The notes beneath the pieces were generated by a model that saw only the letters and a program-made list of their open reading frames with translations, was not told where the DNA came from and ran no database searches. Source: Candidatus Multivoradales bacterium (lineage in GTDB: Bacteria > Acidobacteriota > Thermoanaerobaculia > Multivoradales > JAHEKO01). From it: 64,000 nt of DNA. A program made the translations under genes and the position numbers. Location of the stretch: NCBI GenBank assembly GCA_965223155.1, contig CBDCVR010000015.1, positions 928,001-992,000 on the forward strand, given 5' to 3'. Shown here one piece after another: positions 43,407-52,500 of the stretch (its first letter is position 1; each line of letters begins with the position of its first letter).

Positions 43407-43552
43407 CTTGGGACGAGCTTCTATTCGCACTCTGTAGGGTTCTTCTTTGAACCGGTGCATGGTGAGTTTTGCGTCCGTTTAGGAATCGATGCTCCCATCT
43501 GTCACACGGTGTCGGGGCCACCAAGGATACTTTCGGAGTCATCGAACCTCTC
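43407..43552 (-). ncRNA. Putative bridge/seekRNA of IS copy 2
   Basis: Mirror of 28950-29095. Confidence 0.75.
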
Positions 43553-43589
43553 AATCCGTCCTTGCTTGTTGGTCGTCTAGTTATCTCTT

Positions 43590-44603
43590 CTACGCTGCCT
43601 TGGGAAAGGCTCGGAAGCTCTCACCTGTCACCCACAGCCTGTGGAGCAACACCGCGATCTTCCTAGCTAGCGCGACCACGGCCTTGCCCTTACCCAGCCT
43701 CTCGACCAGGCCCTCAGCCCATCTCTTGAGTGACGACTCTTTGCGACAGTTCAACGCCGCATGAGCTGCCTGCACCAAGAGTCTGCGCATCTCCGAGTCG
43801 CCCTCGCGAGTGATCCGGCCCCTGACCTCATGCCCTCCTGAGCTGCGAAGCGACGGTCTCAAGCCCAGACACGCTCCGACGTCGCGGCTTTTCTCGAACC
43901 GATCCGGACGATCCATCCAGCCGACGAACGCAAGGCTCACCAGAGGCCCCACACCAGGAACCGTCTGCAGCCGACGGACCAGCTCGTTTGATCTCGACTC
44001 GGAGATGAGGTCGTCTTCGAGATGGTGGATCCGATCGGTCAGCTCGCCGATTGTCGTTACCAGAGGTTCGAGCGCTCCCAACAGGCCGGCTTCGACCGAC
44101 ATCGACGCGTACCGAGCCACGAAGCTCTTCGCCGGACATGAGGGCACTCGGTAGCCCTGTGCCCGCAGCGTTCCGCGTACGGAGTTGATCAGCGAGGTCC
44201 TGGTCTTCACCAGACTCGTTCGGACCCGAAGACGCGTCCGAAGCTCTTGGGCCTCACCTGTGCGCTGGTAGACTGGTCGAAGCAAACCCAGATCCAACCG
44301 GCTCAAACGAGCCAGGATCTCGGCGTCGATTCCGTCCGTCTTCAGGGTCGATTCCGCGATCAGACGTACCCGGCGTGGATTGACCACCATCACCTCATGG
44401 CCGAGCTCAGACAGCAGTCGATAGACCCAGGGTGTGACCGGACCGCTCTCGAGCGTCACCTGCGAGCGTTCCCGATTGGCGAAGAACCTTCGCAGGCCCG
44501 TCTCGGTCGTCGGAACCCGCCGGCGAACCGTCACCTCACCGTCTTCTGATACGCCACACACCTCGCTGTACTTCGAGTGAACATCGATGCCAAGATACTC
44601 CAT
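43590..44603 (-). CDS. IS110-family DEDD recombinase/transposase
   Basis: Same translation as 27899-28912. Confidence 0.95.
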   Translation of the reverse strand: MEYLGIDVHSKYSEVCGVSEDGEVTVRRRVPTTETGLRRFFANRERSQVTLESGPVTPWVYRLLSELGHEVMVVNPRRVRLIAESTLKTDGIDAEILARLSRLDLGLLRPVYQRTGEAQELRTRLRVRTSLVKTRTSLINSVRGTLRAQGYRVPSCPAKSFVARYASMSVEAGLLGALEPLVTTIGELTDRIHHLEDDLISESRSNELVRRLQTVPGVGPLVSLAFVGWMDRPDRFEKSRDVGACLGLRPSLRSSGGHEVRGRITREGDSEMRRLLVQAAHAALNCRKESSLKRWAEGLVERLGKGKAVVALARKIAVLLHRLWVTGESFRAFPKAA

Positions 44604-44709
44604 GGTCGGTCTCCTTTCTCGGCTCTGATGCCGATTCTTGGTTATCTCCAACTGGCACAGTGTCCCAGCTGGAGACCGACCGACTCATCTCATCTGTCAC
44701 CGAATTCGC

Positions 44710-47700
44710 CCTCGATTGCGGGCGACTGCCCGGCCTGCGGCCTCGGACCCAACAGCCAGATCTTCTACGACGACCCGGACCATCCGCTGCTCCCTACCCG
44801 CTCGATCGACGGCCGCGGCACGGTCACCGCCATGACCTACGACGGCAACGGCAGGATGACCTCGCGCACGGAGGCGCTCGGCACCCCCGAGGAGCGCACC
44901 ACGACCTGGAGCTACGACGATCCCGCCTTCCCGGCCGTCGCGACCACCATCGAGGAGCCCTCCACAACTGCTGGAGCCAGCCGCACCACCACCCTCGTTC
45001 TCGGCGCCGACGGCCACCCCACCACCCGCACCGTCTCAGGGGTCGAGGCCGCTAGCGCCTTCTCGCTGACCACCGCCACCACCTACACCCCCGAGGGCCA
45101 GGTCGCAACGATCGATCCCCCCGGCTTCGGCTCCGACGACGTCACCGGCTTGACCTATGACCCCGCCCGCGGAGGCCAGATCCCGCTTTCCCGCACCGAC
45201 CCGATCGTCGGAAGCCTTCCCAACGGCGGCGCCACCACCTTCGGCTACGACCCCTTCAACCGCAGGACCTCGGTCACCGACCCCAACGGGCTCGAGACCG
45301 TCACCGCCTACGATGCCGCCGACCGCGTGACCTCCGTCATCCAGAAGGGCGCGACCGCCGCCGAGGATCTCGTCACCGTCCATGAGTACACCCCCTTCGG
45401 CGACTTGGAGCGCACCATTCTCCCCGAAGGCAACGCCATCGAGTACGCCTACGACTCCGCCGGACGCCTGACCTCGATCGGGCGCGGCCCCGCCCCCGGG
45501 GCCCTCCTCGAAAGGACCCTCTACGAGCTCGACGCCGCCGGCAACCGCACCCGCGAGACGCTCCAGGGCTTCGACGGCTCGGCCTGGACCACCGCCTCCG
45601 AGACCGCCTACCTCTACGACTCCCGATGCCAGCTCGACAAGATCGTCCGCGCCCCCGGAACCCCCCAAGAAGCCGTCACCGAGTACCGCTACGACTGCAA
45701 CGGCAACCTCGAATCCCTCTGGGACGCCAACCACTCCTCGGCCTCCGATCCCCCGACCCAGAGCTACACCTACGACCGCCTGGACCGGTTGACCGCCATC
45801 GACCAGCCCTGGGCAACTGGGCAACCAGGAGAGATGGCAACCACCACCTACGCCTACGACGTCCAGGACCACCTCGTTGCCGTCACCGACGCCGAGGGCA
45901 ACACCACCGCCTACGTTTACTCCGACCGGGATCTTCTGACCCGCCAGGACTCCCCAGTCTCCGGGGCCTCGACCTTTGCCTACAACGACCACGGCGAGCT
46001 CGTCTCCGAAACCGACGGCCGCGGGGTCACCACCACCCGGACCATCGACGCCGCCCGCAGGGTGACCTTCGTCGATTCCGAAGAGAACGCCCTCGATACC
46101 GCCTACACGTACGACGACCCCGCCGTTGCCTTCTCGGCCGGACGCTTGACCGCTATCTCCCGCAACGGCCACTCCATCGACTACGCTTACGACCGCTTCG
46201 GACGCACCATCCAGGACGGCACCCTCGCCTACGCCTACGACACGAACGGCAACCGCACCGCAGTCACCTACCCAGGCGGCGTCACCGCCACGACCACCCA
46301 CGACTACGCCGACCGGGAGGAGACCCTGGCCGTCACGGATGGCGGCAGCGGAGGAGGCACCACCAACCTCGTGACCGCCGCCGCCTATCTCCCCTCGGGC
46401 CCCCTCACCTCCCTCGCCCTCGGCAACGGCTTGGCCGAGACCCGATCCTTCGACTCGAGGTACTTCCCGGCCGGCATCACCGTCCCCGGACGACTCGACT
46501 GGACCTACTCGACCGACACGATCGGCAACATCCTAGAGATCGCTGACACCGGAGGAGGAGGCGACCGAACCTACACCTACCAGGACGTCCACTACTTCCT
46601 CACCTCGGGCACCGGACCCTGGGGCAGCCTGGCCTTCACCTACGACAAGATCGGCAACCGGTTGTCTGAGACCCGGGACGCCGGCGGTTCTCCCCAGAAC
46701 CGGCCCTACGCCTACCCGGCTTCGCCTTCAGGAGGCAACCTCCCCAAGCTCGCCTCGATCACGGACCCCGCGGGAGACCGTCTCGAGCGCTTCTTCTTCG
46801 ACGACGCCGGCAACCAGACCTACCGCGCCACTCAGACCGCCAAGCACCGGCTGAGCTACGATGCCCTGGGACGGATGAGCCAGATCAAGACCGACTCGGA
46901 CGAGACCGCCGGGGCCCTCGTCACCCTCGCCTACGACGGCAGAAGCTTCCTCCGGGAGGCCACTCGAAGCCCCTTCCCCGGCCAGCCCGCCACCGTCACC
47001 ACCAACCCCACCTACAGCTCCGACGGGCGCCTCATGCACAAGGCGACGAGCGAGGTGCTGGGACCGGACGACCCGAGAGGCGAGGGGAGTGCCACCAGCG
47101 ACGCCTACGTCCTCTACTTCGCCGGCAGGCCGGCCGGCATCCTCGACAATGAGACCGTAATTCCACTCGGTGGACCGCCGACCAGCACCTCGACCCTCAC
47201 CTACTTGACCACCGACCACCTCGGCACCCCCGTCCTCGCCACCGACGCCAGTGGAGCCAGTACCTGGAGTGGAGGCTTTGAGCCCTTCGGGGACGACTGG
47301 CAGGCGCAGGCCGGTACCGGGGCGAGTGAGGCGGGGGTCTTTCTGAGGTTTCCCGGGCAATGGGACGATGCGGCCTGGGGCGGGGCGGGAGCGGGGGCGG
47401 GGGCCGCTAGTGCCTCAGACCCGGGCCTCTACTACAACGTCCACAGGTGGTACGAGCCGGGGACGGGGAGGTATGGGAGGGTCGATCCGCTGGGGTTGGT
47501 TGCTGATATCCATCTCTATCGCTACGCGAAGCAGGACCCCTTGACTTGGATCGATCCTCTCGGGTTGCAGCTTGTGAAACCTCCTGACATTCCGTACTTT
47601 GAGTCACCTGGCGACAGCCTACCCCCCAACTGTTCGGCTGGACCCTGGGTCTTCGATGGCTTCGGCGTTCGGAGTGGGCCTCAAAAAATCCGCTGGGTGC

Positions 47701-48014
47701 TCAGGCGCGCTCAACGAAAATGGGTGCGGATCCCACCTGCTTTTGGCATAGCACTACCAATCCCGACCGGCAGTTGTGACTGCTTCTATGTACCAGAGGG
47801 AGCGATCCGACCGAACCAAAGGCTTGAACGTTGGAAGCGTCGTCTTGAGTGCGATGGCTGCCCACTAGATGAGGAAGTGCGAGAGCGACCCGGGACCGGC
47901 CCTGAAAATGAGTGGGAGGATCGTTCTCCAGTTCTTCCGACCTCAGGCGTCCGAAAGATTTCCGCCCCTGGGTGCATTTGCCCACCAGTGCTCGATGAAA
48001 AGCTACCCTCCTAG
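44710..48014 (+). pseudogene. Orphan RHS core fragment 6 with tip CT6 (paralog of CT3)
   Basis: Core homology starts at CCTCGATTGCGGGC (SIAGDCPAC) right after the REP arm; the upstream part of the ORF is IS antisense sequence. Confidence 0.85.
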
Positions 48015-48849
48015 GATTCCTGGGCGACCTCGCCCGCACCCCATCCGAGCCCTCTACTGTCTCGCTGCGCTCTTGGCGTGGAATTGTGGGAACAACGAAA
48101 CAAGCCCCGACTTCCCTTCGGCGTTTTCGGCCCTCTATTTCAAATCCGAGCACTATGAGGTGGGAGATACCTTCGACCAGGAACTTCGTCTCCTTGCTCC
48201 GATCCGCTGGCCTGAAGCTGCGAAACTCTTTCATGAAGCATGGCGCGGCGACCCACGAGCCGGACTTGCCCTTCAACGTCTCTATGAACACAAAGGCTTT
48301 CCTACCGCAGCAGCTCTCTTCGCGCTCGCCTCACGCAACGCCATCAACGTGCCAGACCTACTGCCTGCTTGGTCACAGCTCGGGGGTGCGTCTGAGTTGT
48401 ACTCCGATCTTGAGGGTGAGGTGGCCCGAGCGGCCTTCCGTGGAGACTGTGCCAGAGCGGTCGGCCTCGCCCAACCGGTCGTACTCGACTCGGAAGTAGG
48501 CCCCAGCCTGCAACTACTCGTGGAATGGGCTCACGCAGTGGTCTGTTCGTCGAGTCGAGCTTCCAGGGACCTTCATTTCGCTAATCTGGAAGCCGCTGTT
48601 CGCATCTATTCGTCACTAGTCGCAGAAGCTAGGGTGATCCCGACCATGTACGCAAACGATCAGCTGTCAGCGTGGACGCAGCTTTCAGGGGCCCTTTCGG
48701 AGCTAGAGCAACCCGCCCTCGCAAGCGCGGCTCTTTCTCTTGGACTTCAACTGTCTCCAAAGGCAGAACCGAGTCGAACAAGACAGATAGAACGGCGCGC
48801 TCGCTACTTGAGGAAGAAAGCTGACAGGGCGCGCGACACACCCGGCTGA
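47995..48849 (+). CDS. Putative lipoprotein, partner/immunity for CT6; diverged paralog of 34299-35078
   Basis: LLAWN|C; shared motifs WP.AA.LF...W.GD..AG..L..LYE.KGF, VEWA, LEAA.R.Y..LV.E, W..LS.AL..L.QP. Confidence 0.72.
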   Translation: MKSYPPRIPGRPRPHPIRALYCLAALLAWNCGNNETSPDFPSAFSALYFKSEHYEVGDTFDQELRLLAPIRWPEAAKLFHEAWRGDPRAGLALQRLYEHKGFPTAAALFALASRNAINVPDLLPAWSQLGGASELYSDLEGEVARAAFRGDCARAVGLAQPVVLDSEVGPSLQLLVEWAHAVVCSSSRASRDLHFANLEAAVRIYSSLVAEARVIPTMYANDQLSAWTQLSGALSELEQPALASAALSLGLQLSPKAEPSRTRQIERRARYLRKKADRARDTPG

Positions 48850-48852
48850 GCG

Positions 48853-49234
48853 CGGCACGTCCTGGACCACCACCTCCGAGACCGCCTACCTCTACGACTC
48901 CCGATGCCGGCTCGACCGGATCGTCCGCGCCCCCGGAACCCCCCAGGAGGCCATCACCGAGTACCGCTACGACTGCAACGGCAACCTCGAGTCCCTCTGG
49001 GACGCCAACCACGACTCCGCCTCCGACCCCCCGACCCAGAGCTACACCTACGATCGGCTCGACCGCCTGACCGCCATCGCCCAGCCCTGGGCAACTGGGC
49101 AACCAGGAGAGATGGCCACCACCACCTACGCTTTATGGAACACGTTCCAGGACTGCAATCAGAAATGTGGCAAGCTATGCGGCCCGGATGAGCCTTGCTC
49201 AGATCAATTTCAGTCAGTAGCTGCAGGCAACTGA
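48853..49234 (+). pseudogene. Internally deleted RHS remnant (second copy)
   Basis: Same TTTYA|LWNTFQDC junction as 35131-35430 with a longer 5' core piece. Confidence 0.75.
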
Positions 49235-49237
49235 CAA

Positions 49238-49501
49238 ATGCGTGCTCGACCTGCTTCTTGGCTGTCTCCACGAAGTGCTGTTGTTGTGCTTGTCCTTGTA
49301 TTCCTCGCCGGCTGTTGGTGGCGTATGGGACTGCTAGAGAAGGCTCTCGTCCTTCGCGATGTGGTCGGCATTGAAGTGGAGAAGCTGGACACAGCGCTGG
49401 ATCGCGTGTGGTTTGTGGTTGGCTCGCCTTTGGCGTTCCTGGCTATTGGCCTGGCACTCTTGGGACTAGCGCACATCCTGCTTCGTGTTCTGTCTAGATA
49501 A
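49238..49501 (+). CDS. Small 2-TM protein, orphan partner/immunity gene (copy B)
   Basis: Same translation as 35434-35697, offset 13,804 nt. Confidence 0.65.
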   Translation: MRARPASWLSPRSAVVVLVLVFLAGCWWRMGLLEKALVLRDVVGIEVEKLDTALDRVWFVVGSPLAFLAIGLALLGLAHILLRVLSR

Positions 49502-49532
49502 GCGTCGCTGCTCGTGGAGTGATGCTCTTTAG

Positions 49533-52500
49533 GTGAGGCCCGACATGCTGAGATGTCTAGGCCTTCGAGTTGCATCGATCTCGAAAAGGCTGCTCAACCA
49601 TCGACCGACCATCCCATCCGCCACCTCAATCGTCGAATTGCGTTTCCGCGAACGCGCCGGCCGGCCCCGCCAGGCGGCCCGGCTGTCGCTCCTCGCGGCA
49701 GCCGGCACGGCTTTCCTCTGGGCCACCCCGGCGGCGGCCCAGAACAACTGCTTCGGGGACGTCACCTGGGGCGGCGACGTCGACTCGACGATCGCAAAGC
49801 CCGAGAACTGCACCGCGGACACCCGCTGCTATCCACCCGAGCTTGCCGGCTCGGGAGTTTCGTTCGCTCCGGGCTGCGACCCGTCGGCCGGGCCCTGCGA
49901 CGTCACCGTCACGGCCCAGCTCCGCTTCCCCGGCAACCGGGACAACGAAGACTTCGTCGATGCCTCGGGCCTCGCCTACAGCTTCGCGACCTTTGCCGTC
50001 TTCGACAACACCGGCTCCGGCGTCGGCGGCTGCGGTGTTGCCGGCGCGGTCATCCAATGGGACACCGGCACCGCGACCATCCGCGGCCAGGCCAAGAAGG
50101 GCGACCTCTTCACCATCGTCGCCCGCGCCTGCCCGTGCTCGCCCGAAGGCCTCTGCCCCCTGTGCGAGAAGACCGAGTCCTTCGTCATCCCGATCGGCAG
50201 CCCGCCGCCCCAGGACGACTGCGACGACTGCAAGGCCTGCCCGCTGCCAGGCGCTTCGGCCGGCGGCGGCGGGCCCAAAGGGACCACCGAAACCAACTCC
50301 GGCCCCGAGACGCTCGTCTACTACACCGCCGGCGGCACGGGCGCGCCCGGCACCCCCGGCGCCGACGAGCACGCGGCCACTCTCGGCCACGGCTTTGCCC
50401 ACAACTTCTCCGAGCGGCTCGTCGCCGTCCCCGACGACCCGTACGACAGCGACCGCATCTGGATGCTGACCCGCAAGGGCACCTTCCGCCAGTTCTGGAA
50501 CCTCCAGGGCGGCGAGTACCTGGGCACCGCGCCCTCGGACGAGTACCGCACGCTCTTTGCCACGGCCGCGGGCTACGAGCTTCGCGGCCTCGACGGCACG
50601 GTCCAGAGCTTCGATGCGGCCGGCGTCTGGACCGGCACGGCCGACGCCTCGGGCAACGCCACGACCCCTGCCTACGACGCCTCCGGTCTTCTCACCGCGG
50701 TCGCTCTCCCCGACGGCAGACAAGAGACCTTCACCTACCACCCGGCCGGCTCCGGCCAGGACGGCAAGCTCGCCACGATCACCGAGGTCGGCATCGACGG
50801 CACCTCGACCTTGACCTGGACCTACACCTGGTCCGGAGACGAGCTCGTCCGGATCGACGCCCCGGACGGCACCGCTCTCGCCTACGCCTACGACGACCCG
50901 CGCCACCCGGGCTTCCGGACTCTCACCGAGCGGATCGGCACCGACACCAGCCGCCGCGTCGAGCGCGGCTACGCCTACGACGACGAGGGCAACGTCGTTC
51001 AGACCTGGAGAGGCGACACCGTTCCCGCCGTCGCTGGAGTGAGCGCTTCGCTGCCCGGGCCCGCCGCCGTCGATCACGAGACCTTCGCCTTCGACGACCC
51101 GGTCAACCCGGCGGTGACCACCCGGACCGACGCTCTCGGCAAGATCGCGACCTACGCCATCGGCCGCGACCCTTCGAGCGGCAAGGCCCGCGTGACCTCG
51201 ATTGCGGGCGACTGCCCGGCCTGCGGCCTCGGACCCAACAGCCAGCTCGTCTACGACGACCCGGACCATCCGCTGCTCCCTACCCGCTCGATCGACGGCC
51301 GCGGCACGGTCACGGCCATGGCCTACGACGCCAACGGCCGCATGACCTCGAGGACCGAAGCCCTCGGCACCCCTGAGGAGCGCACCACGACTTGGAGCTA
51401 CGACGATCCGGCCTTCCCGGCCGTCGCCACCACAATCGAAGAGCCCTCGACAACTGCCGGAGCCAGTGGAGCCAGCGGAGCCAGCCGCACCACGACCCTC
51501 GTTCTCGGCGCCGACGGCCATCCCACCACCCGCACCGTCTCGGGAGTCGAGGCCGCAAGCGCCTTCTCGCTTACCACCACCACTACCTACACCGCCGAGG
51601 GCCAGATCGAGACGATCGATCCGCCCGGCTTCGGCACCGACGACGTCACCGCCTTTACCTACGACCCCGCCCGGGGCGGCCAGATCCCACTCTCCCGCAC
51701 CGACCCGATCGTCGGAAGCCTCCCGAACGGCGGCGCCACCACCTACGCCTACGACCCCTTCAACCGCCGAACCTCGGTCACCGACCCCAACGGCGTCGAG
51801 ACCGTCACCGCCTACGACGCCGCCGACCGCGTGACCTTCGTCACCCACAAGGGCACGACCGCCGCCGAGGACCTCGTCACCGAGAACCGCTACAACGCCT
51901 TCGGGGACCTCGCCCTCACCATCCTGCCTCAAGGCAACGCCATCGAGTACGCCTACGACGACACCGGACGCTTGACCTCGATCGGACGCGGTCCCGCCCC
52001 CGGGACCCTCCTCGAGAGGACCCTCTACGAGCTCGACGCCGCCGGCAACCGCACCCGCGAGACGCTTCAATCCTTCGACGGCACGTCCTGGGTCACGACC
52101 TCCGAGACCGCCTACCTCTACGACTCCCGATGCCGGCTCGACCGGATCGTCCGCGCCCCCGGAACCCCCCAGGAATCCGTCACCGAGTACCGCTACGACT
52201 GCAACGGCAACCTCGAGTCCCTCTGGGACGCCAACCACGACTCGGCCTCGGATCCTCCGACCCAGAGCTACACCTACGACCGGCTCGACCGCCTGACCGC
52301 CATCGCCCAGCCCTGGGCCGGAGCGGGGGCCGGCTCTGCCACCACCACCTACGCCTACGACGTCCAGGACCACCTCGTCGCCGTCACCGACGCCGAGGGC
52401 AACACCACCGCCTACGTCTACTCCGACCGGGATCTCCTGACCCGTCAGGACTCTCCCGTCTCAGGGGTTGCCACCTTCGCCTACAACGACCACGGCGAGC

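Larger units (their letters stand above)
43334..44695 (-). mobile_element. IS110-family (IS1111-type) insertion sequence, copy 2
   Basis: Reverse complement of 27807-29168 (coordinates sum to 72502); same ORF translations. Confidence 0.9.
43262..44707. repeat. REP-like palindrome with ~27-bp arms; arm 2 interrupted by IS copy 2
   Basis: Arm 1 GAAATCCGGTGACAGGATACCTATTTC (43262-43288); arm 2 GAAATATGTATCCT (43320-43333) + GTCACCGAATTC (44696-44707). Confidence 0.75.

Noticed and set aside
44577-44709. IS-derived in-frame N-terminus giving a 1145-aa fusion RHS
   Set aside because: It is antisense to the transposase start with no evident RBS or signal peptide; likely fortuitous.
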